A DNA stretch of 64,000 bases from an uncultured Candidatus Rokubacteria bacterium. Lineage in GTDB: Bacteria; Methylomirabilota; Methylomirabilia; Rokubacteriales; DASRDR01. The stretch covers positions 64,001-128,000 of the forward strand of contig CAWGVS010000006.1 of NCBI GenBank assembly GCA_963826115.1, written 5' to 3'. This document shows positions 39,462 through 48,586 of the stretch, in pieces. The first letter of the stretch is position 1. The number at the start of each line of letters is the position of its first letter. The notes beneath the pieces were generated by a model, which did no database searches, was not told the origin of the DNA, and worked only from the letters and a program-made list of their open reading frames with translations. A program made the translations under genes and the position numbers.

Positions 39462-40733
39462 CTAAGGCGCCGCGAGGCGGTCCCGGACCAGCGCGATGAG
39501 GCGGTCGTGCGTCAGGGCCTCGCCGGTGCGCGACTCCACCCGGGCCTCGGTCTTGAGGCCGGTCTCGGTGAGGACGCAGCACACCGTCGCCGCGGGATCG
39601 AGCGCCCCTTCGGACAGGAGCCGTCGCGCGGCCGCGAGCGTCGCGACGCCGGTCGGGCCCGCGTAGACGCCCTCGGTCCGCGCGAGGAGCCGCTGCGCGT
39701 CGAGGATGGCCGCGTCCTCCACGTCGGTCGCGAGACCGCCGTGCTGCCGGAGGAGGCGCAGCACCCACGCGCCCTTCGCGCCGGGGTCACCGACCGCGAG
39801 CCCCTCGGCCACGGTGTAGGTGAGAGGCACGGGCCGGATCTCGCCGCCTTCCCGCCACGCGCGGACGACGGGGTTGGCGCGGGCGGCCTGGGCCGCCACC
39901 AGGCGCGGCGCCGCGTCGATCCAGCCGAGCGCGCGCATCTCCTCGAAGGCGCGCCAGCCGGAGATGAACGCCTCCCCCACGGCCACCGGGTAGACCACGA
40001 CGTCCGGCAGCCGGTACCCGCAGTCCTCGGCGATCTCCCAGGCGAGCGTCTTCTTCCCTTCCTGCTTGAAGACGTTCCGCGAGGCGCCGCCGTCGAACAC
40101 CGGCTCCTCGTCGATCATCCGGTCCCAGAGCCGGATGAGGTCGTCGTAGAAGCCGCGGTAGAGGACGAGGTCGGAGGCCACCAGGCCCATGTGGGCGAGC
40201 TTCGGAGCCGACGCCTGCTCGTAGCAGAAGATGAGGGCCCGCAGGCCGGCCCGCGTGGCGTACGCGGCGAGGGACGACCCGGCGTTCCCGGTCGAGACCA
40301 CGGAGACCGCGCGGTAGCCGAACTGGCGCGCGGCGGCGACGGCCGTGGCCGACGACCGGTCCTTGATCGTGCCCGTCGGGTTGGTGCCCTCGAACTTGAG
40401 GAGGAGACGCCGGACGCCGAGGACGCGGGCCAGGGCCGGCGCCTCGATGAGCGGCGTCGCGCCCTCGCCGAGCGACACGAAGTCCGCCGGATCGCGGATG
40501 GGCAGGACCGGATGGTAGCGCCATACCCCCCGGCCGGCGAACGCCCGGCCGGGCCCCGCGCGCCGCAGCGGCTCGAGGTCGTAGACCGGCTCGAGGAGGC
40601 CGCCGCATGCCGCGCACCCCAGCCGGTACGCGGGCAGCGTCTCGGCGCCGCAGTCGATGCACCGGAGCGCCGAGAGGCACGACGTCGGGCCGCTCACGCG
40701 GGCCAACCTAGGGCGGCGCGGCGAGGCTGTCAA
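39462..40733 (-). CDS. Threonine-synthase-like PLP enzyme (second paralogue)
   Basis: CxxC/CxxC N-terminus, SLGEGATPL, NPTGTIKDR, STGNAG and TETGLK motifs. Confidence 0.82.
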   Translation of the reverse strand: MTASPRRPRLARVSGPTSCLSALRCIDCGAETLPAYRLGCAACGGLLEPVYDLEPLRRAGPGRAFAGRGVWRYHPVLPIRDPADFVSLGEGATPLIEAPALARVLGVRRLLLKFEGTNPTGTIKDRSSATAVAAARQFGYRAVSVVSTGNAGSSLAAYATRAGLRALIFCYEQASAPKLAHMGLVASDLVLYRGFYDDLIRLWDRMIDEEPVFDGGASRNVFKQEGKKTLAWEIAEDCGYRLPDVVVYPVAVGEAFISGWRAFEEMRALGWIDAAPRLVAAQAARANPVVRAWREGGEIRPVPLTYTVAEGLAVGDPGAKGAWVLRLLRQHGGLATDVEDAAILDAQRLLARTEGVYAGPTGVATLAAARRLLSEGALDPAATVCCVLTETGLKTEARVESRTGEALTHDRLIALVRDRLAAP

Positions 40734-40767
40734 CGTCCCGGCGCGCGCTCGCGCGCGGCTCGCCCGG

Positions 40768-41667
40768 TCAGCCCCGGTGGGCGAGCGCCACGCCGGCCAG
40801 AACGGCCAGCGCGCCCGCGACGAGCGCGAGGGTGAGCGTCTCCTGGCCCGCCAGCACGGCGATCGTCGTGGCGATCAGCGGGATGAGGAACGAGAACCCC
40901 ACCACGCGGGCGGTCGCCGTGCGCGCGAGCGCCACGTACCAGAGGAGGTTCGCCAGGGCGATCGTGCCGGCGGAGAGATAGGCCAGGAGGAGCCACTCCC
41001 GGAAGGACAGCGCGCTCCAGCCCACCTCGGCGAGGCCGGGCGCGCCGAGCGGGAGCAGAGGCACGACGCCGATCGCGGTCGCCCAGGTCGTCACGGCGAG
41101 CGGCGTCGCCCGCGCGAGCAGGGGCTTCCCCACCACGGTGTAGAGCGCCCAGGCGAGGCTCGCGCCGAGGCACAGGAGGTCGCCCACGAGGGAGGTGGAG
41201 CCCTCGTTGCCGCGGGCCACGATCACGGCGACACCCGCGAAGCCGAGCGCGATGCCCGCCAGGCGGCGCGGGCCGACCGTCTCGCCGTAGAGGAGCCAGG
41301 CGAGGAGCACCGCGAGGACCGGGCTCAGCGCCACCAGGATGGCGGCGTGGCCCGGCGACGTGCGATGGATGCCCGAGACCAGGAGGCCGTGGAAGAGGGT
41401 GTTCCCGAGGAGCCCCAGCAGGACGACCACGCCCCAGTCGCGCGCCCGGAGGCCCGGCCGGAGGGCGCCGCTCAGGAGGCCCACCAGGACCAGGATGGCG
41501 GCGGCGACCGCGCAGCGAAACGTGGCGAAGGCGAGCGGGGGGAAGAACGGCTGCGTCGCCTTGATCGCGGGATAGCTGCCGCCCCAGAGCAGGACGACGA
41601 AGAACAGGATCGGGACGACGGCGGCGCCGGCCGCGCGCCGTCCCGAAGGCCGGCCGGGGTCCGTCAG
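40768..41667 (-). CDS. DMT/EamA transporter, probable CTG start
   Basis: Frame extends upstream of 41484 to include LLWGGSYPAIK (EamA TM1); the only plausible start is a CTG overlapping the upstream TGA. Confidence 0.8.
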   Translation of the reverse strand: MTDPGRPSGRRAAGAAVVPILFFVVLLWGGSYPAIKATQPFFPPLAFATFRCAVAAAILVLVGLLSGALRPGLRARDWGVVVLLGLLGNTLFHGLLVSGIHRTSPGHAAILVALSPVLAVLLAWLLYGETVGPRRLAGIALGFAGVAVIVARGNEGSTSLVGDLLCLGASLAWALYTVVGKPLLARATPLAVTTWATAIGVVPLLPLGAPGLAEVGWSALSFREWLLLAYLSAGTIALANLLWYVALARTATARVVGFSFLIPLIATTIAVLAGQETLTLALVAGALAVLAGVALAHRG

Positions 41668-42005
41668 CGGGTCTTCATGTCTTCGGGGAAGTTCGAGGAG
41701 AAGGAGTAGGACTTGACCACGCCCTGGGCGTTGAAGGTGACCTCGAGCTGCTTGGAGAGGTCACCGTCCTTCCCCGATCCCTTCTGGAAGTAGTACCAGG
41801 TCCAGGTCTGGTCCCCGTCCTTCATGCCGACCTGCGTCGGATCGCCGTACATCTTGAGGAGGTCGGCCTTCGTCGTCGCGCCGTTCTTGATCTCCGCTCC
41901 CGGCTTGGGCGACGGGAAGTCGCGGCCCGTCGACAGCGCGCTGCACGCAGCGAGCGAAGCGGCGAACGCGAGGACGGACATGAGCGCGGTCAGACGGTTT
42001 CGCAT
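41664..42005 (-). CDS. SmpA/OmlA (BamE-like) lipoprotein
   Basis: LAAC lipobox; GATTKADLLKMYGDP and WTWYY motifs; GGAGG RBS. Confidence 0.78.
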   Translation of the reverse strand: MRNRLTALMSVLAFAASLAACSALSTGRDFPSPKPGAEIKNGATTKADLLKMYGDPTQVGMKDGDQTWTWYYFQKGSGKDGDLSKQLEVTFNAQGVVKSYSFSSNFPEDMKTR

Positions 42006-42040
42006 CGCGGGCCTCCTGGGTGGGGTGTTGAACGGCGCCC

Positions 42041-42128
42041 ACTGTAGCCGACCACCGTCCGGGGTGTCAACGCGCGGCGCGCGGCGCCGCCGGCCGCCTT
42101 GACACCCCTCGGGGGGTCCGCCTAGCGT
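42041..42128. promoter_or_regulatory. Back-to-back sigma70-like promoters
   Basis: Minus strand TTGACA-N18-TACAGT (42070-42041); plus strand TTGACA-N18-TAGCGT (42099-42128). Confidence 0.55.
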
Positions 42129-42321
42129 GAACCACGCTCCCATGGTCGGCCGCGCCTCACCACGGCCCGCGATCGTCGGACGCCGTCGGGTCGGGCCGCG
42201 GCGGACCGGGGATGAGGGTTCGCGTCGGCGAGCCCGGCGTATCCATCGTGCAAGGCCCGGTGCCGGAGCTGGCCGTAGTCCCGTCCGCCCCGCGCACTGA
42301 CCGGATCGGGAGGAGACGACG

Positions 42322-43443
42322 ATGCAAAGTGGCTGGCTCGAACAGTTCCACCGTCGTGTTGCCACGCCCAAGACGGAGCCCGAGGCCGCCCCGCCGCCGG
42401 AGGCGCCGGCCGAGGTGTCGCGGCGGGCGTTCATCCAGAGCGGTCTCGCGACGGGCGTCACGGCCGGCATGGCCGCGGGCGGCATGCTCGCCCAGACGCA
42501 GGTGGCGCAGGCCCAGGCGACGGGCGACACACCGCTCGGCGCGAAGTGGTGGCCGTCGAAGTGGGGCCCCCAGGATCAGGCCGGCGCCTCGAACCTGATC
42601 ACGCCGGCGAAGGTGCTGGAGGCGGCCAAGCTCATCAAGACCGGGAAGATCTACGAGCTCGGCCGCATGTACGAGGCGGGCATGCCGCTCTTCGGCTCCC
42701 GGGTCTTCGCCCTCCGCATCCCCGGCACGCCGACCGGCGGACCGTTCGGGAAGAACAAGCTCGTCTTCCACGACGAGTTCGTCGCCACGGAGATCGGCCA
42801 GGTCGGGACCCAGTTCGACGGGCTCGGCCACATCGGCTGCATCGTGGGCAAGGACGGCGACATGAACGAGATGCGGTACTACAACGGCTTCACGGAGGCG
42901 GAGATGGCGAACGCCTACGGCCTCCAGAAGCTGGGAATCGAGCACTGCAAGCCGTTCTTCACCCGCGGGGTCCTGGTCGACGTGGCGGGCCTCAAGGGCC
43001 GCATGCTGAACCTGGGCGAGGAGATCTCGGTCGCCGACGTCCAGGCGGCCCTCCAGCGTCAGAACATCGCCGAGTCCAGCATTCAGCCCGGCGACGGCGT
43101 GTTCTTTCACACCGGATGGAGCAGCCTCTGGATGAAGGACAACGCGAAGTTCAACGAGGGCGAGCCCGGCATCGGGCTGGACGTCGCGCGCTGGTGCGTG
43201 GCCAAGCAGGTGGCGCTCGTGGGAGCGGACACGTGGGCCACCGAGGTCGTGCCGAATCCGAACCCGGACCTGGTGTTCGCCGTCCACAACGAGCTGATCA
43301 CCAAGAACGGGATCTACAACCACGAGAACCTGGACTTCACGGGGCTGCTCGCGGACAAGGTCTCCGAGTTCGTCTACGTCTTCTCGCCGCTCCGCATCAA
43401 GGGCGGAACCGGCTCCCCCGGCCGCCCGATCGCGATCGTGTAG
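42322..43443 (+). CDS. Tat-exported cyclase-family metal hydrolase (kynurenine formamidase-like)
   Basis: SRRAFI Tat motif; GTQFDGLGH, HENL and GGTGSPGRPIA motifs. Confidence 0.85.
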   Translation: MQSGWLEQFHRRVATPKTEPEAAPPPEAPAEVSRRAFIQSGLATGVTAGMAAGGMLAQTQVAQAQATGDTPLGAKWWPSKWGPQDQAGASNLITPAKVLEAAKLIKTGKIYELGRMYEAGMPLFGSRVFALRIPGTPTGGPFGKNKLVFHDEFVATEIGQVGTQFDGLGHIGCIVGKDGDMNEMRYYNGFTEAEMANAYGLQKLGIEHCKPFFTRGVLVDVAGLKGRMLNLGEEISVADVQAALQRQNIAESSIQPGDGVFFHTGWSSLWMKDNAKFNEGEPGIGLDVARWCVAKQVALVGADTWATEVVPNPNPDLVFAVHNELITKNGIYNHENLDFTGLLADKVSEFVYVFSPLRIKGGTGSPGRPIAIV

Positions 43444-43455
43444 CGGCCGATTCCC

Positions 43456-43490
43456 CGCTCCGGGGCCGATCGGCGGCCCCGGAGCGTTTC
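43456..43490 (+). terminator. Putative intrinsic terminator
   Basis: CGCTCCGGGGCCG-N5-CGGCCCCGGAGCG followed by TTTC. Confidence 0.6.
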
Positions 43491-43604
43491 TCCTCTCGTT
43501 TGCCACGGGATCGCGGTGGCGTTGCGGAGCGGCCCCGCACCCGGGCTATCATCCGGTGTGCGCGCCGCGCCCGCCGTCCGACCCCGACCGATGACGCGCG
43601 TCCC

Positions 43605-44354
43605 GTGAGCTCCGGAGCCGCGGTGGGGCGCGGTCCGAGCCCATCCCGCGCGGAGGTCTGGGCCGGTGTCCGGGACGCGCTGACGACGGTCGTCCCGAGC
43701 ATCGTCGCGTACGGCATCGTCTGGGGCGGCCTCGCCCGGCAGGCCGGGCTCTCGCTGGGTGAGCTCGTCGCGATGTGCCTCCTCGTCACCGCCGGGACCG
43801 CGCAGTTCGTCGCGCTGCCGATGCTCCAGGCGGGCGCGCCCGCGTGGCTCCTCGTCGTGACCACCTACATCGTGAACCTCCGCCACTACCTGATGGCCGC
43901 CAGCCTGGCGCCCCACCTCGCCCACCTCTCGCGCGGACGCCTCGCGCTCATCGCCCACGGGGTCACGGACGAGTCGTACGCGCTCACGATGGCGCGGTTC
44001 GCGACGCACCGCCCGCACCCCGCCTACTTCGCCGGCTCGGCCGCCACGACGTACCTGGCCTGGTACGTCGGCGCCACGCTGGGCGGGCTCCTGGGCGGGC
44101 GCATTCCCGACCCGCATCGCTACGGCCTCGACTTCGTGTTCCCCGCCGTGTTCATCGCGATCCTGGCGCGAACGATCCAGTCGCCCTGGCAGTGGGCGGT
44201 GGCCGGGGTCGCCGCGGCCGTGGCGCTCCTCGTCAAGGGCACGATCGGGGGGACGTGGCACATCGCGCTGGCCGGGCTCGGCGCCTCGGCGCTCGGCATC
44301 TGGCTCGCGCCCCGCGCCGAGGCCGGCGGCGCGCGGACGGAGTCGTCGCGATGA
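43605..44354 (+). CDS. azlC: AzlC-family branched-chain amino acid exporter
   Basis: AGTAQF, VNLRHYLM, TDESYA and GLDFVFPA motifs. Confidence 0.88.
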   Translation: MSSGAAVGRGPSPSRAEVWAGVRDALTTVVPSIVAYGIVWGGLARQAGLSLGELVAMCLLVTAGTAQFVALPMLQAGAPAWLLVVTTYIVNLRHYLMAASLAPHLAHLSRGRLALIAHGVTDESYALTMARFATHRPHPAYFAGSAATTYLAWYVGATLGGLLGGRIPDPHRYGLDFVFPAVFIAILARTIQSPWQWAVAGVAAAVALLVKGTIGGTWHIALAGLGASALGIWLAPRAEAGGARTESSR

Positions 44355-44671
44355 GGCTGGGCCTCGTGCTCACCTTCGCCGCGATGGGGGTGGCGACGTA
44401 CCTGACGCGCGCGCCGCTGCTCCTGGTGCTCGCCCGGCGGCGCCTGCCGGGCTGGCTCGAGCGGTACTTCGCCGCCCTCCCGATCGCGCTCATCACCGCG
44501 CTCGCGCTGCCGCTGGTCCTGCTGACCCCGGGCGGCGCCATGCCCGGCTGGGTGACCGACCTGCCCGCCGCGGTGGCGGTCGCGGTCCTCGCGCGCCGCA
44601 CGGGACACCTCCTGGTGGCCGTGGCGGGAGGCGTCGTGCTGGTCGCCGCTCTTCGCGCCCTGCTAGGATAG
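44351..44671 (+). CDS. azlD: AzlD-family protein
   Basis: MGVATYLTRAP; hydrophobic; ATGA overlap with azlC. Confidence 0.82.
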   Translation: MRLGLVLTFAAMGVATYLTRAPLLLVLARRRLPGWLERYFAALPIALITALALPLVLLTPGGAMPGWVTDLPAAVAVAVLARRTGHLLVAVAGGVVLVAALRALLG

Positions 44672-44675
44672 GCAG

Positions 44676-46307
44676 GTGAGCGTCGGCGCGGTCGAGTCGT
44701 TCACCGCCGAGGAGCGAGCCCGGCTGGCGCCCCACTTCACGAGCGTCGACGGCCCTGTCTTCGCCCTCGTCAACCTGCCCGAGGTCGTGAAGGGCGCGCT
44801 CTTCGCCCGCTACTCGCGCTCCCCGAAGTCGCTTCGCCGGCTGTTCCTGGACGAGTTCGTCGGCGCCGAGGCGCTGGCGGACGCTGCGCCGGCCGGCGGC
44901 CCGATCGGCACCGAGCGCGCGGAGCGGCTGTTCGAGCGCGTCTTCGTCGAGTACGGCGACGACTCCGTCGCCCAGCTGGGGGGCGTCCACCTCGCGTGCG
45001 AGGGCGTCTCCAACGTGCTCACGAAGCTCCTCGAGTGGGGCCGGCTGATGGCCTACCTCGAGCAGTCGACCCGCTACGTCCCGTACGCGGACCGGCCCGG
45101 CGGGCGCTGGCGCTACCACGTGCCGGCGGAGGTGCGCGACGCGCCCCTCGTGCGCCAGTACGAGGCGACCCTCGACCTCATGTTCGAGACGTACGCCGAA
45201 TGGCTCGAGCGGGTGCAGGAGCACTTCCGGGCGGCCCATCCGCGACAGGCGTCGGACTCCGAGGCCGTGTACCGGAACACGATCCGCGCGAAGGCGCTCG
45301 ACACGCTACGCGGCCTCCTGCCGGCGGCGACACGGTCGAACGTCGGGCTCTACGGCACGGGGCAGGCGTACGAGGCGCTCCTCCTGCGGCTCCGGGCGTC
45401 CCCGCTCGCCGAGGCGCGGGCGTGCGCCGACCTCATGCTGACCGAGCTGCGCAAGGTGATCCCGGCGTTCCTCCGACGCGTGGACGCGCCCGACCGGGGT
45501 GGCGCGTGGTCGGCCTACCTCGCCGCCACGCGGGAGGCCACGGAGAGGGTGACGGCGCAGACCGTGGGGGAGACCGCCGCCCTCTCCCGCCCGGAGGTGG
45601 TCCTCACGGACTTCGATCCCGAGGGCGAGGTCAAGGTCGTCGCCGCCGCGCTCTACGCGGCCTCGGGGCTGCCCGACGACCAGCTCCTCGCGCGCGTGCG
45701 GCGGATGAGCGCCGGGGAGCGAGCGGCGATCCTCGCCGCGTACGTGGGCGAGCGCGGGAACCGCCGCCACAAGCCGGGGCGCGCCCTCGAGCGAACGAGC
45801 TACCGGTTCGACGTCCTGACGGACTACGGCGCCTTCCGCGACCTCCAGCGGCACCGGCTCCTGTCTCTCGAGTGGCAGCCCCTCGGCCCCCGACATGGCT
45901 ACGCGATGCCGGACGCGGTCGAGGCGGCGGGCGCCGGCGCCGACTGGCGGCGGGTGATGGACGCGTCCGCGGAGCTCCACGACGCGCTCTCGGCCGGGGG
46001 CCTCGCCGCCGTCGCGCCGTACGCGGTGTGCATGGCCTACCGGATCCGCTTCTACATGGAGATGAACGCCCGCGAGGCGATGCACGTGCTCGAGTTGCGG
46101 ACGGCGCCCCAGGGCCATCCCGCGTACCGGCGCGTCTGCCAGGCGATGCATCGCCTCATCGCCGAGGACGCCGGGCACCGCGGGCTCGCCGCGGCCATGC
46201 GCTTCGTCGACCACTCGGCCGTGGAGCTGGAGCGCCTCGAGGCTGAGCGGCGGACCGACGCCCGCCGGCGCACCCTGTCGGAGGCCGGCCCCGCCGAGCG
46301 CCCCTGA
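44676..46307 (+). CDS. thyX: FAD-dependent thymidylate synthase, long two-domain form
   Basis: GALFARYSRS, YGDDSVAQL, EQSTRYV, RDLQRHR and LELRTAPQGH motifs. Confidence 0.85.
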   Translation: MSVGAVESFTAEERARLAPHFTSVDGPVFALVNLPEVVKGALFARYSRSPKSLRRLFLDEFVGAEALADAAPAGGPIGTERAERLFERVFVEYGDDSVAQLGGVHLACEGVSNVLTKLLEWGRLMAYLEQSTRYVPYADRPGGRWRYHVPAEVRDAPLVRQYEATLDLMFETYAEWLERVQEHFRAAHPRQASDSEAVYRNTIRAKALDTLRGLLPAATRSNVGLYGTGQAYEALLLRLRASPLAEARACADLMLTELRKVIPAFLRRVDAPDRGGAWSAYLAATREATERVTAQTVGETAALSRPEVVLTDFDPEGEVKVVAAALYAASGLPDDQLLARVRRMSAGERAAILAAYVGERGNRRHKPGRALERTSYRFDVLTDYGAFRDLQRHRLLSLEWQPLGPRHGYAMPDAVEAAGAGADWRRVMDASAELHDALSAGGLAAVAPYAVCMAYRIRFYMEMNAREAMHVLELRTAPQGHPAYRRVCQAMHRLIAEDAGHRGLAAAMRFVDHSAVELERLEAERRTDARRRTLSEAGPAERP

Positions 46308-46322
46308 CGCGCGGCGCGCCGG

Positions 46323-47225
46323 TCAGCCGCGGGCGCCGCGCGGCGCCGGGTCCGCGTCGGCCTCGACGAGCGCGGCGAGCGCGGCGAGCCCCCCGAGATC
46401 CCGCGGCCGCCTCAGCCGGCGCACGGGCACCGTGGCCGCGAGCCGGGCGCAGCGCGCGAGGAAGCTCGACGTGCCGAGCTGCTCGAGCGCCGGCGCGATG
46501 TAGGCGTGCTGGAGCAGCTCGAAGACCGCGGTGTGCCCGCCGAGGGGCTCGAGGCCCAGCGGCTCGCCGTTGGCAAGGACGTAGAGGCGTCGGAGAGCCT
46601 GCGGGGCCATCGCCCGGATGCTGGGGACCTTCGCTCGCTTCTCCTCGTTCGCGTAGAGGCGGGGCAGCGCCTCGGGGTTCTCGCCGAGGGCGGACACCGC
46701 ATCGGGCCAGAGCTTGAGCTGGGGGAATCCCGGCACGACGGTCGGCCCGGCCGGCGCGTCGAGGTCCACGGCGAGCACGTCGTCCGCCACGACGGCGCCG
46801 CCGCGCGCGTGGAGCGCCGCCGTCGTGGTCGACTTCCCGTCGCCGGAATGGCCGAGGAACGCGACCGCGCCGCCGGCGACGGTCGCCGCGCTCGCGTGAA
46901 GAACGACGAGGCCGCGCTGGTGAAGGAGCACGCCAAGCGCCGGTCCGAGCAGGTAGAGGCGCAGGAGCTCCGGGGGCACCCCCGGCCGCGGGTCGACCGT
47001 GATCTCCTCGCCGCGGCGCAGGAGGATCGTGCCGACCTCGGGCCACGCGAGGCGGGCCTCGCCGTCCGTCACGCTGAGCAAGTGCCCGCCGGCCGGCGGC
47101 GGGCTCGGGACGTCCGGGACCCTGCCCAGGCGCACCACGACGTCCGGCGGGGCCGGGCCCGGGACGAGCTCCGGCAGTTCGAGCGCCGAGTGGATACCCA
47201 GGCCGTACGCGACGTACGTGAACAC
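46323..47225 (-). CDS. HPr-kinase-like RiPP kinase (PadeK/ThcoK-like)
   Basis: LHAS, Walker A GHSGDGKST and ADD motifs; last gene of the lasso cluster. Confidence 0.85.
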   Translation of the reverse strand: MFTYVAYGLGIHSALELPELVPGPAPPDVVVRLGRVPDVPSPPPAGGHLLSVTDGEARLAWPEVGTILLRRGEEITVDPRPGVPPELLRLYLLGPALGVLLHQRGLVVLHASAATVAGGAVAFLGHSGDGKSTTTAALHARGGAVVADDVLAVDLDAPAGPTVVPGFPQLKLWPDAVSALGENPEALPRLYANEEKRAKVPSIRAMAPQALRRLYVLANGEPLGLEPLGGHTAVFELLQHAYIAPALEQLGTSSFLARCARLAATVPVRRLRRPRDLGGLAALAALVEADADPAPRGARG

Positions 47226-47269
47226 GGGCGGCGCGCCTGGCGCCGGGGGGTCCTTCCTGGAGCCAGCCG

Positions 47270-47800
47270 TCAGGCGGCGGGCTCGGTCTCGCGCAGCGCC
47301 AGCTCGACCCGGAGGGCGGCGACGTCGCCGCGCAGCGCCCTGAGCTCGCGCTCGAGGGCTTCGAGCCGCGTCGCCTGGGCCTGCACGAGGCCGTGGAGGC
47401 CCTGGATGGCCGCGAGGGCGACCCCGGCCGCGTCGAGGGGGAAGATGTGGCGGTCGTCGACCCCCAGGCCGAAGGCCGCGGCGAAGTCCTGGGCCATCGG
47501 TCCCAGGTGACGGACCGGCTCACCCTTGTAGGACCAGCGCTCGATCGGCAGCGCAACGACCGCCGCCAGGACCGAGTGCCGATCGACGGCTTCGAATTCT
47601 TCTTTGGCGTTCCGGTCGCTTTGTACTGTGCCCGATTGGCCAAGGGTGAGAGCGGAGAGGCGCCCGTGCTCGGTGAGCCGAGGGCTTCGGTACGGCTTCC
47701 GGGCGCTGGTGGACGCCGGCGTCGCGGGCTCGGCGTCCGTCTGACCATTCGTGACGATCACGTCGCTCGTCGGTGCCTGGGTCGCGATGCGCTGGTCCAT
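47270..47800 (-). CDS. Lasso precursor-Peptidase S74 fusion A3 (176 aa)
   Basis: Leader YRSPRLTEHGRLSALTL, core GQSGTVQSD, SDRNAK, WSYK, HLGPMAQDF, coiled coil; GGAGG RBS. Confidence 0.88.
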   Translation of the reverse strand: MDQRIATQAPTSDVIVTNGQTDAEPATPASTSARKPYRSPRLTEHGRLSALTLGQSGTVQSDRNAKEEFEAVDRHSVLAAVVALPIERWSYKGEPVRHLGPMAQDFAAAFGLGVDDRHIFPLDAAGVALAAIQGLHGLVQAQATRLEALERELRALRGDVAALRVELALRETEPAA

Positions 47801-47868
47801 GGCGTCCCTCCCGAAGTCCGAAGGATCAGGCCGGCCACGCCACCCTGCGCCGGCATGGAGCGCTCACA

Positions 47869-47884
47869 AGCGGGTGCCGTGCCC
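47869..47884 (-). promoter_or_regulatory. Sigma54-like -24/-12 element upstream of A3
   Basis: Minus strand GGGCACG-GCAC-CCGCT (GG-N10-GC; CC instead of TT). Confidence 0.35.
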
Positions 47885-47931
47885 CTCTCCATCTTGCGCC
47901 GAGTGGAACGTCCGCTTCAAGGGTCGGAGCG

Positions 47932-48459
47932 TCAGGGGACGGGCTCGCTCTCACGCAGGGCGAGTTCGACCCGGAGGGCGGCGGCGTCTCCGCGTAACTC
48001 CGCCAACTGGCGCTCGAGGGCTTCGAGCCGCGTCGCCTGGGCCCGCACGAGGCCGTGGAGGCCCTGGATGGCCGCGAGGGCGACCCCGGCCGCGTCGAGG
48101 GGGAAGATGTGGCGGTCGTCGACCCCCAGGCCGAAGGCCGCGGCGAAGTCCTGGGCCATCGGTCCCAGGTGACGGACCGGCTCACCCTTGTAGGACCAGC
48201 GCTCGATCGGCAATGCGGCGACCGCCGCCAGGACTGAATGACGATCGACGGCTTCGAATTCTTCTTTGGCGTTCCGGTCGCTCGGTGGGCTGGATTGGCC
48301 AAGGGTGAGACCGGACAGGCGCCCGTGCTCGGTGAGCCGGGGGCGCGTGTACGGCTTCCGGGCGCTGGTGGACGTCTCCGTCGCGGGCCCGGCCTCCGTC
48401 TGACCCTGGGCGACACTCGGGTCGCTCGTCGGTGTCTGGCTCGGGATGCTCGAGTCCAT
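47932..48459 (-). CDS. Lasso precursor-Peptidase S74 fusion A2 (175 aa)
   Basis: Leader YTRPRLTEHGRLSGLTL, core GQSSPPSD, SDRNAK, HLGPMAQDF; AGGAGG RBS before ATG 48459. Confidence 0.88.
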   Translation of the reverse strand: MDSSIPSQTPTSDPSVAQGQTEAGPATETSTSARKPYTRPRLTEHGRLSGLTLGQSSPPSDRNAKEEFEAVDRHSVLAAVAALPIERWSYKGEPVRHLGPMAQDFAAAFGLGVDDRHIFPLDAAGVALAAIQGLHGLVRAQATRLEALERQLAELRGDAAALRVELALRESEPVP

Positions 48460-48522
48460 GGCGTCCCTCCTGAAGACCGAAGGATCGGGCCGACCATGCC
48501 GGTCGCAGGCATGGAGTGTTGA

Positions 48523-48538
48523 AGCGGACGTCGTGCCG
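48523..48538 (-). promoter_or_regulatory. Sigma54-like -24/-12 element upstream of A2
   Basis: Minus strand CGGCACG-ACGT-CCGCT (GG-N10-GC; CC instead of TT). Confidence 0.35.
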
Positions 48539-48586
48539 AGTCCATCTTGCGCCGAGTCGAACGTCCGCTTCAAGGGATTCGGGCCG

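Noticed and set aside
42061-42108. GGGGTGTCAA/TTGACACCCC inverted repeat as mobile element ends
   Set aside because: Explained by back-to-back -35 boxes; no transposase or target duplication
47270-48586. CRISPR array or diversity-generating retroelement template/variable repeats
   Set aside because: The repeats are whole-gene duplications, the differences include an indel rather than only adenine substitutions, and no cas or reverse transcriptase gene is in the window
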